Of a stretch of 64,000 nt of DNA, positions 1 through 13,879 are shown in pieces. How positions within the stretch are numbered: position 1 is the first letter of the stretch; every line of letters starts with the position of its first letter. Under the pieces are notes generated by a model that made no database searches, had not been told where the DNA came from, and saw only the letters and a program-made list of their open reading frames with translations. The DNA comes from Paraphysomonas bandaiensis (Eukaryota > Protista > Chrysophyceae). The position numbers and the translations under genes are program-made. The stretch covers positions 124,170 through 188,169 of the forward strand of contig CBFFRP010000079.1 in assembly GCA_965644295.1 (NCBI GenBank), in the 5' to 3' direction.

Positions 1-240
1 GCTGCATCATCAGCACAACTATATTTTACAAATCCATATGTTAAACTTTCTCCTGTTTCTTTATTTCTTGCAACTTTAGCTTGTATAATCTCTCCATGTT
101 CAGCAAACATATTCTATTATATACATACATATACATCTATTAAACTAGTATTCATAACAGTATATATGGACCCTTACCCTTAAGCCTGCATCATCAATGT
201 ATCTTGGTAGATAATTAATAATAAGATTACATTGATCCAT
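1..240 (-). CDS. ELAV/Hu-like RRM RNA-binding protein, 5' part (continues off the window)
   Basis: Manual translation: exon 240-178 MDQCNLIINYLPRYIDDAGLR (RNP2 'NLIINYLP'), GT-AG intron 177-114, exon 113-1 NMFAEHGEIIQAKVARNKETGESLTYGFVKYSCADDAA (RNP1 'YGFVKY'). Not in the ORF track. Confidence 0.85.
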
Positions 241-891
241 GATGATAATCTACAGATATATATATATATAGAGGTGTGTGTGTGTGTATGGAGTTATCTA
301 TAGGATTATATGATAGAATAGATAGTTTAAACACCTTCCCTCTTATTCAGTTATATCCTAATAAACTTTGTATAGGATGATAATGAATGAAGTGTTCCTT
401 CTATTATTAAAGGAGTTGTAAGGTATGTGATTACATGAGATGGTGTGTATATATCAACAACAATGAATACTAAGAAGGGGTCCGTATGTATATATGTACT
501 GCTGGATATTAATGAGAGATGTTGTTAGGTACGATCATTGAAGGTATATGATTGGTTTAAAAATCATGGATTTCTTGAAGAAATTAATTAAGATGAAATT
601 ATCGAACATTCTTTTATTGCAGTTACAAATTACGTACGATGTAATATCTTCAAATGAATTTTATAACGTTTTTTCTTATAGAAAATCTAGTTTTTAGGAA
701 TTATCATGCCTACTTCTTGTGAAGAGTATGTATAATAAGTGTCGAAAAGAGAAAAAATCCGGCGTTTTCAGTTATATTCCGTTTTTGATAATCAATAGAA
801 CGAAAAAAGGGTGATTTTACACCAATCTATATTGTAGTCATTAAACCCCTTATTTGTATACATGTACATCTATGCTGTACTGTGGGTAGAG

Positions 892-1142
892 GTATGTATG
901 TATGTATGTATGTATGTATGTATGTATGTATGTATGTATGTATGTATGTATGTATGTATGTATGTATGTATGTATGTATGTATGTATGTATGTATGTATG
1001 TATGTATGTATGTAGGTATGTATGTATGTATGTATGTATGTATGTATGTATGTATGTATGTATGTAGGTATGTATGTATGTATGTATGTATGTATGTATG
1101 TAGGTATGTATGTATGTATGTATGTATGTATGTATGTATGTA
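892..1142. repeat. (TATG)n microsatellite, about 250 bp
   Basis: Direct; lies between the divergent RRM and inhibitor genes. Confidence 0.98.
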
Positions 1143-1291
1143 CGTACGTTTGATAGGAACATATTCTTGCCTCTCTGTGTATGTATGATATGAGTATCTG
1201 TTCTATTGTATGATGTGTATGGGTATTCCTAGTGCCATATATCTGTATCTTAAAGGCATAATTCACTTCCAATCATAACATTATCAACACA

Positions 1292-1870
1292 ATGACATTC
1301 ATATCAATAATCACTCTATCTCCCCATGGAGATGATAATGAATCTGAGATCCTTACATACTTGCAAGCAGACTATACACGTGAATTACTCGCATCTAATT
1401 TAGGTGTCACTGCAGTGGAAATATCAAAAATCACTATTAATACAAATAAAAAAATTGAAATCAGACAGTATATAGATAATCATGAGAAGTACAATGTATT
1501 TATATCCAATACATTAACTCTTTTAAGTAATGCATTAGAAGAGCGATTTGTTGATACAAATAAAGCACATGAGATTGAAACATATACAGGAGAACGAATC
1601 CTTCGACAAGGAAATGAACAGACTCATATGGAATCTCATTCTTCTCATGCTCATGGGCATGGTCATGGTATTCAAAGGGATAAATCGAAATGGCCGGAAT
1701 TAAAAAATAAACCACTTGATGAGGTTGTGACAATTATTAAATCCGAACGGCCAGATTTGAAAGTTCTGGAAGTTCCTCAAGGTGCCATGGTGACGATGGA
1801 TGTACGGATGGACAGGGTCCGTGTGTACCATAGAGACGGTAAAGTCACGACTGTACCTAAAATTGGATAG
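1292..1870 (+). CDS. Potato inhibitor I (I13) family serine protease inhibitor domain with N-terminal extension
   Basis: C-terminal KSKWPEL...VTMDVRMDRVRVY...VTTVPKIG matches the CI-2/eglin-c pattern (WPEL; reactive-site M-D; DRVR; P-x-x-G). Preceded by a His-rich linker. Confidence 0.85.
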   Translation: MTFISIITLSPHGDDNESEILTYLQADYTRELLASNLGVTAVEISKITINTNKKIEIRQYIDNHEKYNVFISNTLTLLSNALEERFVDTNKAHEIETYTGERILRQGNEQTHMESHSSHAHGHGHGIQRDKSKWPELKNKPLDEVVTIIKSERPDLKVLEVPQGAMVTMDVRMDRVRVYHRDGKVTTVPKIG

Positions 1871-2843
1871 TGCCGTATGCTAGTGGCGGAGGAAAGATTT
1901 ACCCTTTCGTTATACATGCTGTGATTAAAGTAGTATTTCGATCTTGTCTATTTCATAATGTCTGATAATATAATGCATGCTTTAAGTCGTCTCGTGAGAA
2001 TCTTTTGTCTCCACCACTGTACAGTGTTGATGGATGATCAAATATTCATAGGTGACTATGTCCTGAAGGTGAAGAATATGTTTTCTACTAGTAAGGCTAG
2101 GGTTTATATAATATATAATACTTAAAACTCACATTCCAAGTGTATTTGGGGGGTTGTTTATTGCGGGTCCTATAAATTACGGTTAAATTTAAACAAGATA
2201 CAACTTTCTACTTCTAAATGTCTATTATTTCTTTTTGTTAGTACCTCAAGAGTATCCATCATTTAAAATAATTCATGTAGCTATTTCACCCAAAAATCCG
2301 CAGTGTGATTGTAATTTCAATGAAACTTTTACAACTACCACTCATAAATATAGAAATATTATTGTATCTTTCTTGAGACTTGATTAATATTTGCCACCCA
2401 CTGTAACTTATATAAATTGAAGATCACCAGTATAAGTGAATTAGATTAACGGAATGGATAACTGTATATTTGCTACACACAAGCATTTTAAAACTACGAA
2501 AGCTTGCAGAGCATGGTCAACTCGCTAGCAACCTGTACCTGTTCAAAGAGATATATATATACTATATACATAAGTATAAGTGGTTATTTAAGACTGACAT
2601 CATTATACTTCTGTATTCTCAGCTCGTAATAGCTATTTGTGAAGAATAGCGGCAACTAAGCCACTTAGTGGCTTCAGTGCTCTCGTATCCAATCCATAAC
2701 ATTTATGTGCAAAAGAGCTAGAACAGTGAATTATACGGAGTTAAAAAGACTTATTTTGAAGTGAACATAACGTTATATCCGCGCTCAGACTGACATTAAC
2801 TGAATATGAACTACATATGCAATTACTAACGAGCATGTAGATA

Positions 2844-3304
2844 TTACGGATTTGCTTTCTGCATGAGCGTTATACAGTCCCCTTTCAGTAATATCCGGCC
2901 TGCAAAGGAAATCAATATAAACTTTTCTTATTCATGGTCGCATTACCTATAGCAGTGCTCTCTTGAGTCTTCACATTAACCTCAGAAGCTTCGTCTAAAA
3001 CAATGTTCATATACTCATCAAACCCCTAAAAAACAAATACATCGTCATCATATATATACACACACGCATAACCATAATAATACTTACAATAATAATGCCT
3101 TCAATTCTCATTGATGTATTCTCATAAAGCCATATTTGTACACGATCACGCTGTAATTAAATCAAGTAAAATAAGTTAATATACACGTATGTCTATATAT
3201 ATATGTATATATATTACCTTCTGCAAGTGCTCGTATATGACATTAATGGCCTGGGTCATAACCTTCTTGACCCTTGGGGCCCCTCCTTGTCCACGATATG
3301 ACAT
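2844..3304 (-). CDS. SNRPE: Small nuclear ribonucleoprotein E (Sm-E), 4 exons
   Basis: Spliced manual translation MSYRGQGGAPRVKKVMTQAINVIYEHLQK|RDRVQIWLYENTSMRIEGIII|GFDEYMNIVLDEASEVNVKTQESTAI|GRILLKGDCITLMQKANP*; Sm1/Sm2 motifs; three GT-AG introns. Missed by the ORF track. Confidence 0.95.
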
Positions 3305-3371
3305 CCTAATCGAATTGAAGGTGATGCTGCAAACTCAAACTGACTTTAATGAGGCAGTAAAACCCAGAGCC

Positions 3372-4508
3372 CATACATACATACATACATACATACATAC
3401 ATACATACATACATACATACATACATACATACATACATACATACATACATACATACATACATACATACATACATACATACATACATACATACATACATAC
3501 ATACATACATACATACATACATACATACATACATACATACATACATACATACATACATACATACATACATACATACATACATACATACATACATACATAC
3601 ATACATACATACATACATACATACATACATACATACATACATACATACATACATACATACATACATACATACATACATACATACATACATACATACATAC
3701 ATACATACATACATACATACATACATACATACATACATACATACATACATACATACATACATACATACATACATACATACATACATACATACATACATAC
3801 ATACATACATACATACATACATACATACATACATACATACATACATACATACATACATACATACATACATACATACATACATACATACATACATACATAC
3901 ATACATACATACATACATACATACATACATACATACATACATACATACATACATACATACATACATACATACATACATACATACATACATACATACATAC
4001 ATACATACATACATACATACATACATACATACATACATACATACATACATACATACATACATACATACATACATACATACATACATACATACATACATAC
4101 ATACATACATACATACATACATACATACATACATACATACATACATACATACATACATACATACATACATACATACATACATACATACATACATACATAC
4201 ATACATACATACATACATACACATACATACATACATACATACATACATACATACATACATACATACATACATACATACATACATACATACATACATACAT
4301 ACATACATACATACATACATACATACATACATACATACATACATACATACATACATACATACATACATACATACATACATACATACATACATACATACAT
4401 ACATACATACATACATACATACATACATACATACATACATACATACATACATACATACATACATACATACATACATACATACATACATACATACATACAT
4501 ACATACAT
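3372..4508. repeat. (CATA)n microsatellite, about 1.14 kb, nearly perfect
   Basis: Direct; fills almost the whole space between the divergent SmE and GH3 start codons. Confidence 0.98.
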
Positions 4509-4560
4509 TCATCTCATTACTTTTCAATATCTATTCACGTCATAACAATCAATCTCTATC

Positions 4561-6885
4561 ATGATCCCTCTCTACCCTCTTCTCCTCTCACTTCCTCTGA
4601 TCTCCTCCCTCTCTTCTCATGATCCTATCTCTCTCTTATCTCAAATGAATCTCACTGAGAAGATCAGTATGCTACATGGTCATAAGGGTCTATATATCGG
4701 TAATATATATGGGAATGAACGACTTGGTATACCATCAATAAACATGCATGATGGTCCACAAGGATTTCGTGTTACTGCAACTACAGGACCTGAAGGATCA
4801 ACTACAGCATGGCCCTCTGCATTATCATCAGCTGCTTCATGGGACACTCAACTCATATATAAGTGGAGTGCTGCAATGGCATATGAATTTAAAATGAAAG
4901 GTGCTAATGTTCAATTAGCACCTGGAATTGGAATTGCACGTGTACCGACTGCTGGACGGAATTTTGAGTATCTTTGTGGGGAAGATCCTTATCTAGGTAG
5001 ACAATAGCAGCTGTTTATGTTGCAGTTTATGTATTTGGATTCATTTCGGTTTCTTGACAGGGGTTATCTTGGTTAAGCCTGCTGTGGAAGGTATTCAATC
5101 TCAGGGCATTATAGCTAACGCCAAGCATTGGGTTAACAATGAGATTGAAGATCATAGAGTGCTGGTATCAGCTAATGTTGATGAACGCACAAGGTATTAG
5201 CGCTTTCAAATATATTTGATTGCTACAATGATTGTCACTTCTGGATTTGTGCTTAGTTTTTTTGTTATTCGCACAGATTTGAACTATATTATCCTCCGTT
5301 TGACGCGGCAGTTCGAGCCGGTGTGCATTCTGTAATGTGCAGTTACAACCGTGTGAATGATGTTCATGCCTGTGAGAATCCCGACACGCTTTCTCACCTA
5401 CGAGATACTATGGGATTCAAAGGTACTCAATAGTATTGTGTATGATGTATTGTCTTATTTTATTTTGTTCGGGTAGGTTGGGTTTTATCTGACTGGACTG
5501 CGACTCATAGCACCGTGGAGTCATTAAATGCTGGTATGAATCAAGAGATGCCTTTAGGAATTTACTACAGGTAAATCAGACCTAGTGTTGCAGTTTATTA
5601 TATGTCATCCGAAATAAATACTATCAGAGAGGATGCAGTATTGGCAGCGCTAGATGCTGGTGAGGTGTCAATGGATGTCATCGACGATAGCGTACTACGT
5701 ATTTTGACCGCTATGTTTGACATCGGACTCTTCGACCATCCTCCCACAGGAGATCGCAACGCTGTGGTGACCAGTGACGAGCATAATGCTTTGGCGCGAG
5801 AAGTTGCTGCAAAATCAACTGTGTTATTGAAAAACGATGCTGTCGATGGAACACCACTTCTCCCACTCAATCCACAAGGCATGTCATGTATAGCAGTTAT
5901 TGGTGACAACGAGACAGTCAGTGGTAAGGGGTCAGGTCGGGTCGTACCTGCCTACACAGTCACACCTGCCCAAGGAGTAGCAAATGCTCTACAGACCATG
6001 GGATACGAAGATGTCAAAGTTGAATACAGTGACGGAAAAGATCCCGCTGTCGTTGAATCTCTTGCGAAATCATGTGATGCAGTCATTGTAAATGTGGCAA
6101 CGTCATCAGGAGAGGGAAATGATAGAGAGACGCTAGCTTTAGATGGTGATCAAGATGACTTGGTGAAGACAGTGGTAGCTCTTAATTCTCATACTATCGT
6201 TTCTGTTGTAACCCCGGGTGCTGTTCTAATGCCATGGGCAGTTGAAGTCCCCTCGTTGTTGATCAGTTGGCTGCCAGGACAGGAAGCTGGAAACGCTTTG
6301 GCTGATGTACTCTTCGGTGTCGTGAACCCATCGGCTCGGCTTCATGTGACCATGCCCAATAAAGACAATGAAGTGGGATTTTCCCGCAGCCAGTATCCTG
6401 GAGTAGGTTTTCCTCCCGAGGCAACTTACTCGGAGGAACTTTTGATTGGGTATAGGTACTATGAAGCTACCGGTATTGTCCCGAAGTTTTGTTTTGGTCA
6501 CGGACTGTCTTACACATCGTTTGAATATTCGGATCTGAAACAGATCACAAGCAACACACAGTCTATGAGCTTAGATGATGTTGTTGCTAGTTTTGAGGTA
6601 TCTGTGACGAACAATGGAGTAACTGACGGAAGTGAAGTGGTACAGCTGTACGTGACTTTTCCAGAGTCTACCATGGAGCCACCCAAAATGCTGAGAACTT
6701 TTAAGAAGCTAGCTATTGGTGCGTCGCTGACGAATCGTGTCGACCTTGAGCTTACCAAGCGTGAACTGTCCATTTGGAACTCTAACATACATGCATGGGA
6801 AATGATACCTGGAAAGTATACGGTTCACGTGGGGGCATCATCATGTGATATCCGTCAGGTCATTGAATTTGATGTCGAGGCTTAA
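4561..6885 (+). CDS. Secreted glycoside hydrolase family 3 beta-glucosidase (multi-exon)
   Basis: Signal-like N-terminus; DGPQG, GRNFEY..GEDP, KHW, MCSYNRVN, GWVLSDW (nucleophile), GEGNDR, YSEELLIGYRY, FGHGLSYT, and a C-terminal Fn3-like domain; short GT-AG introns between 4997 and about 5627. Confidence 0.93.
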
Positions 6886-7896
6886 GAAATGTATCTGTGA
6901 ATTCGAATGAGTAAAATGAAATATACGGACCTTGCGTTTCCTAATTCTGTATGAAGCGATTTTGTAACCAGATTGATATGTGCCACAAACAAAGGTAATT
7001 GCACGTAGCATTAAATATCCATATGCAGATGCACTGCGTGCATGAGTGAAGTGATATATATTGACACCGTCCATGCTAATATCACCCCTGCGTCATGTGT
7101 TGGAATCATTCTTACTAAATAATGTCAATTTCTACTGAAACCTAGCATCTATTCTCGACACTACGTGTCATCCGATAAACTCCAACATGCAAAACCTTAT
7201 TCAGCAGTAATTGTGGGAGCTCCAAGTAGTGGTAATTAATTGTCCTCGTTTCGTGTGATCTTCTCTGGTGCCAACACATACACAATTCTTTCATTATCCA
7301 TTCCGCTACGCTTCATATCTTCATATATCGCACTCTGTAAACAGTAAACAGGACCCTAATGCACTGCTGCACCAAGACATAGATTTAATCAATATTCCTA
7401 GCATACAATGTGATGTTACAACATTGCAGACTCAAGGCAGTGCGCTACAAAACAATATTGATGTGAAGTCCTTATTTTATTTCGATTATTTTGAATCTTG
7501 TTTACAGAGGGCAATACGAAGCGTAGCAAAATGGAGTGTAACTTGTATGCCCTGTTTACAGATTTCGCCAGGAGTGTGGAATACACTCTGCGTATTATCC
7601 ATATACTCCAGGATCGATAATGTGAAGTGTAGCGGAATGGATGATGAAAAAAATTGGAAAATATTATAATTGCTGTGAATATGTATCTAGAAAAAAATCA
7701 TTTCTACTATATGTTCCGCCATATATCATATTATTATTAAGTAGTGGAAGGTCATATTAATTCTGTAATAGAAAACATCTTCTCGTGAAGCAACTATGTA
7801 AAAGGGGTGCATAATGCTATCAACTACATTCAGTTTGATATTGTGTCCCATTTACAGCAACACAATTAACACCCGTCATATTATAATAACAGGTAA

Positions 7897-9208
7897 CTAA
7901 GTTTCGCCAGTGTGGAATACATTCTGCGTATTATCCATATACTCCATGATCGATAACTGAATCCCTTCCTCCACTGTAAAAACGGGAGAGTATCCAAGCA
8001 CATCCTTTGCTCTGGTGGAGTTGACCCGCATATCCATATCCATTATGCGCAATGCAGTCGGGGTAAGATACGAGAGTGGTGGGTCCAGCTTGGGAAAGCG
8101 ATGCGTAAAAATGCGCTGCAATGCCTCAATTATGTAGGCAAGTACCCATATTAACCTAGGTGGTCCAGCAATTGCCTTTATACTTGGACAGTAATGAATT
8201 ATCATAGATCGAAAGTCATTGTTATACATAGCCTTGTTATCTGTAAGAAGAAACGCCTTGCCATCCACTCGTAAAGATTCATCCACAACAGGTTCCCGTA
8301 ATTTCGCTTCAGCTAATAGATGAGCATATGCCACATTATCCACATATTCCCAATCTAATAACATACTAAATCCAAGAAACATATATTGCATATTTTGTAA
8401 CATATCTTGCAAGACAAGACTGTCATATGCACCAAATATACCAAATGGTCGTATAGATACAGTCTTCATAGATGACTGATTGGCTGATAATACAATCTGC
8501 TCAGCTAATGCTTTCGTTATCCCATAATGAGATGTCGCTGTTTGATAAGATACATATGGATCAGTTTCATTGATCTCAATGATCGTATTCTGTGTGGTAG
8601 TAGGTACAGTCACATGTGCTGTACTTGTTTGTATGATATACTTTACACCTGCTTCTTTACATGCTTTAATGATGTTATATGTCCCTATTCATATGAAGAT
8701 AATCAATTGATTGATAAGAATGTTTATAATGATGATTACCTGTGACGTTAATATCATATGAATGACTGTATTGATATACTAACTTATCCATGAATCGTAT
8801 AGAGGCTGCTGTACAATATACAGTATCAATCCCTATACATACTTTACGTATCTTTTCATAGTTTATAATATTGCCATATACGTATATAACTCTATGATCA
8901 TTTCTCCACTTCGACTTCATATTATTGTCATATATTGTAATATTTTTTTCCCCACGTTGTAATAAACTTTCAATTATACGTGTACCTAAAAAACCACATC
9001 CTATTATAAGATACCGTTCCCCGGTAAATGGACAATTTTGTAATGATTGATACCATTTTCTTTTACATTCATTTAATGTTAGATGAATACGTGAAGATGT
9101 GGGATCAGGAGCAGCAGTGTTGATTTGGGATGGAATTTGTGCAGGTTGTAATAGCCATGCAATGAGGGCTAGTAAGGCACCAACAGATATTAGAATAATA
9201 ATGAACAT
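7897..9208 (-). CDS. 3-beta-hydroxysteroid dehydrogenase/NSDHL-like extended SDR, 2 exons
   Basis: N-terminal TM; IIGCGFLG Rossmann motif; INVTG|TYNIIKACK across an intron (about 8686-8739); YGITK catalytic YxxxK; RPFGIFG; YVDNVAYAHLLA. Confidence 0.88.
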
Positions 9209-9701
9209 TGATGGGGTAGAGAATGTGGTTTAATAGTGCAATGCTATGCCAAGATGATAGATGTGTGTAGATAGATACATATGCGCACATACGTGTATAT
9301 ATAAGCTTTGGCATCCGCATATACTGCTGCCTGTACAAGATACGGTAGAATACCGTAGAATACATTACTGTATAATTAGGATGTAACTGTACATTATACA
9401 GAGACGTATACAGTTGTATACACTCTACATGCAGATGGACACGTACAGCAGTAGTGTACTTATATACATCTACTCCAGTACACACATGCACATATATATA
9501 TATGTAATGTCTGTCTACACATACAGTACAGCAGTACAAACACCTGTACATACATACATATTTACACACATCTCTATATATACACACACATCTCTATATA
9601 CATATATATATAGCTACTGGAAGGTTCTTAAAGATAAATAGTCTAATAGACGAAGGGAGGATCAGCCTCAACTATAAGTTCTTCTTGAAGCTATTGATCA
9701 T

Positions 9702-12700
9702 ATGGAGAATAAAGCAGATCAAAGTCAGCTTCCGACCATATACATACAGGTACATCACAGTCACATGGTTATGTATGTATATATATGTATATATACACAT
9801 ACATGAGAGTCATATAGTTATAGTATTATATGTATGTTTTATGTATGTGAAGGCACTTATACATGTGATGTTTTACATGTTTCTTATACAGCCGATGGAC
9901 GGTGACTGGAGTATGGGTGAGGAGTATCCTCTACAAGTCTCAATAGATATCACTGTAGTAGCGCTAATGAAGCTTATCGAAAAAATGAAAGGAATCCCTG
10001 CTTACAGGCAACAAGTAAAGCTTAGTGGTGGTAAACTTGTACCTAAATCAAGAGAGATATGGGCATTACGTCGCCATGGAATACAGAACAACTCCAGAAT
10101 AAAAGTTGAACCCACAAGACCTGGCGCCTGGCTATGGAACGATATCGAGTATTACGTGAACAAACTCTTGGGTGAAGTAGTCGATATTCTGGCTATTAGA
10201 GATGGTCCAATGCTCCTGACTGAACTGAGTTCTCTGATTAAATACCCTCCTTGCTTCAACTACTCACTCAGAGTATTCCTGCGCAAGTACCCAGACCAAA
10301 TTAGACTTCGAACCGATGTCTCGAGCGACAAGATATGGGTCAGTCTTGCACAAGGAATCCAGTTACCTACTTTTGAAAATGCTCCTATTAACTTAGGCCG
10401 GGTTCCCGAGTATGATGTAGATAGACTGGATTGGGAAGACTACAGCGATGTTGACTCAGTGAAACCCATTGAAAGCTCTGTTACACTCCCCGACGTGTTC
10501 TATGATATCGCAGTTTTCAGTGGAAAAGCACTGGCAAGTAACGGTGATATTCTGGTTACTAATCCTTTTGTGGTTGTATTGCTGGATGGTAAATACATTG
10601 GCCACTCTACCGTGCGACCTGCCAGTCGATCACCAGAGTGGGACTCGGCTCGCTTTCGAGTGGGGTTACCTTTTGGTTGTAATATGGGTGATTATACGCT
10701 CTCGTTTGAAGTCTGGAACGTTGAGCGGGCTCCTATTCCTAAAGGAGGTATGCTACTGGAGAAGAAAGTTATACTTCAGAGGCTCCAGTACGTTGATATA
10801 TCGCGGTCGCGCTTGGCTGACTTCTTGCAGCCGTATGGAGTGGACATCTTTCATGACTTCGCATTGACAAGTGTAGCTCACGAGGCTAGACAGGCTGAAC
10901 TGCGACGGCAGGAACTTGAACAGGCAACAACAGAACAGAATGAGAATGGTGAAGAGCAAGGTGAAACCGAAGATGAGGTAGAGCGAGAAGCCGATGATTC
11001 CCAGCCTGCAGCTAAGAAAAGTGAAGATGAGGAAGAGGAGGAAGAAGAAGAGCTTGCATATAGCTTCCTAAATAAAAAGGAAGAAAAACCCGTGGAGATT
11101 CCAGTTTGTTCCCCGGAGGAACTTTTGCAGACTTCTATGCATGGGTCACTCAGACTGATGGGATGCCGATCTATATATCAGCTTAAAGTACGAGCGGCTT
11201 TCGAACTTTATAGCCACGAAACCGAATTGTCAGAGGAGATGCAGCCCTTCATCATCGTACACTGGAATGGTGTAGATATTGGCCAAACAGATTTCAGGAA
11301 AAACACGCGATGGGCTTCATGGGATAATGCTATATACAATATTCCAGTTCCTGGAAACATGGAACCTGGTCAATGTACTCTGAAATTGGAGGTCTGGAAT
11401 ATGGGTGTCATGGGAGGAAATAAGACCCTAATGAGTAGTGTGACCCTCAACGGGCGATTGTTGCGGGAATTTTTAACTAAAAAGAAACCGTTTGCTACTC
11501 GGCAGCAATTCGATCTAAACTTGCGCCCGTTACAAGGTGAATCAAAAGAAGATAATAAGCCGAATAAAAAAAAGGATAAGGGAAAGAAAAATAATAAAGC
11601 ATCTCATAGCGGTGGTGGTTATGTATCTTTATTGGGTGGCCCTGTGGGACTACAGGAAAAAGATTTGCGCATGTATGAAGTGAAGTTTCTAGTGGGAAGT
11701 TCGCTTGCCCGTGACGAGGTCTATTGTATTCTATATTGGAACTCTGTTGAAGTCGGACGAACCAACTCTGCACCGAGTACTACAGAGAAGCTTAACTCTA
11801 AAATGAATACAGTGAAGTGGTACTGGAAGAGAAATAAATTTGTCTTTGGTATTCCAGCGAACGAAGTTATTAAGAATTGCGAGCTCAAGATAGATTGCTA
11901 TGATCCAACTACCAAAGGAGTCAACAGCTACCTTGGAATGGCCTCTCTGGCAGGAGAGGAGCTTGAAGCATTTCTATGTCAAGAATTTGCTATGCAACAA
12001 CAGGTTACGCTCAAAAAGGACCCGAAGAAAGACGATAAACTTAGGATTCAGAAAGGTACCCTTAGTATACGAGGAGGATCCCTAGGTTGTAGGATGGAGT
12101 CGGAGCGCATCATAGATATTCGAGGTTGTACTGGCTTGTCAATGCTGACTTCAGGAGAGACACCGCCTGTACCTTGCTACTGCATCGCCTACTGGGATGC
12201 CAACTGCATTGGTAAAACGCGATCTGTAGGGAATGATGGCAACCCATCATGGGAGTGGCGTGACGACCGTTGGATATTTGCTGTTGATGTAGTTGGCTCT
12301 GCAATGTATTATTCAAACTCTAACCTTGTAATTGAAGTCTGGGAAGGTGAGAGTGAAGATGAGGACAGGTCTACCCATGTGTTTATAGGGTCATGTGTGC
12401 TGACTGGCAACCCTTTGCATGATGTGCTTGAAAATTTAAAGCCGAACACTATTCAGGTCCCCCTGAGCAGTGTGACTTGGGAGAGCACCCAGATATCGAA
12501 GAAAAATAAGCGCAAGACGAAATCGAAGAAAGGAGAGGCTGACGTGCCTCCGAACCCCAGAGTGCAGGGCTATATGACCGTAGGAAGTCCTGGTGTAAAA
12601 GATAAAACCCCGCTTGAGGAGTATGGAAGAGTGGAGGAAACTCTCACGCATATGTTGAACAATGAAGTAGAAAGATCAGGACCACAGCTATTTGAGCGAG

Positions 12701-12714
12701 TAGTTGGTGGATGA
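9702..12714 (+). CDS. Ubiquitin-like + winged-helix-like + multiple C2 domain protein
   Basis: Probable first exon from ATG 9702 (MENKADQSQLPTIYIQ), intron, then the long ORF. UBL-like GIPAYRQQVKLSGGKL; four C2-like units (NPFVVVLLDGKYIGHS..PEW; QPFIIVHWNGVDIGQT; VYCILYWNSVEVGRT; YCIAYWDANCIGKT..NPSW). Confidence 0.75.
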
Positions 12715-13104
12715 AGGGATGTTAACTCCCATCCAAGTTATAGAATGTTAGTTGTCGATTTCGAAGTGGTATTGTATGTAGTAGTGTGACCAGTGCATGA
12801 CTAAATAGTATCTGGTGCTATCAGATAGATGAAAAGTATAATGCATGATAGATCAGATTCGTTGATTAGAAGTAGCGGATTGATTATTATCTATGTTTGT
12901 TAGTTTCATATGTGTTTCAAGACTAAGTCAACATTACTCTTATCTATTACAACTGAATATTTGCTGAATATTGACACGAAACATAAATGAAAAAACAATT
13001 TATTAGAAGGAAAGTAGAATTGTAAGGATATTAAAGAACTTATGTTAACAGTAAATCGCTTAAACGGCAAGGCATATGGTAGAGGTATGTAAATCACAAG
13101 TCGC

Positions 13105-13290
13105 AGTGAATGCCTTATTATTAGCAACAGGGGTTTAAGAGTCAGAACTAATTTAGCATTGCAATTTAACTAACTTGTGCTAAACTCTGATATCTACCAT
13201 TTGACACTACGACGAAAGCTGCTTGCGTGTCACCGCAAGCACCAAGGTACAACCACTTTCGCTCTATCAATCAAAGCAAGCGCATTGAGA
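13105..13290 (+). repeat. Dispersed repeat copy (MITE/TE-end-like family)
   Basis: Reverse-complement similarity to about 27165-27360 (AAGAGTCAGAACTAAT...CTACCATTTG...CGAAAGCTGCTTG...AACCACTTTCGCTCTA). Confidence 0.75.
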
Positions 13291-13879
13291 CAGTGGAACG
13301 TTGATATACCTGAAGAACAGAGTTAGTTTTTCCGAAGAGACTCTCCGGTATTTATCCCCCACAACACCACGAAAAGGGGCGAGTCCGAATTAGTTGAGGA
13401 AATCATAATAGCAATGCTGAATGTGGATGCAGGCTTGATGACGTTATACAACTGTGTATATTGGTAAGCTCTTATATCGGAGATAAACAGATACTTCATA
13501 CTCTGATATACATATCATGTTGACTGTCCCTAATGGGGAGCAAAGGCTACAGATACACAAAAAACCTTCGTGTGTATATATATCTTTGAGTGAGTACATA
13601 CATACTGTATTGACTTATATGCGATAACTTTTCACAGAATAATATTTCTAATATATTAGATAATAGAAAGATTGTGCTGTGTATAACAATATAAAATGTT
13701 TGCGGAGATATGTCAGAAAAATTGAGAAAACCCAGTGCATCAACATTAATAGCCTAGTACTCATAGAGTCCAATCTTTACCCTTCACATCCGTTCTCTGT
13801 ATCTCTTGTAATAACGCTTCAAACTCCAACAGCAAAGACGAAGCGATACCCCAAGAATCCACTGGATTGAGTACAATTA

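Noticed and set aside
892-4508. (TATG)n as a telomeric repeat
   Set aside because: Tracts are internal, occur in both orientations and lack G-runs.
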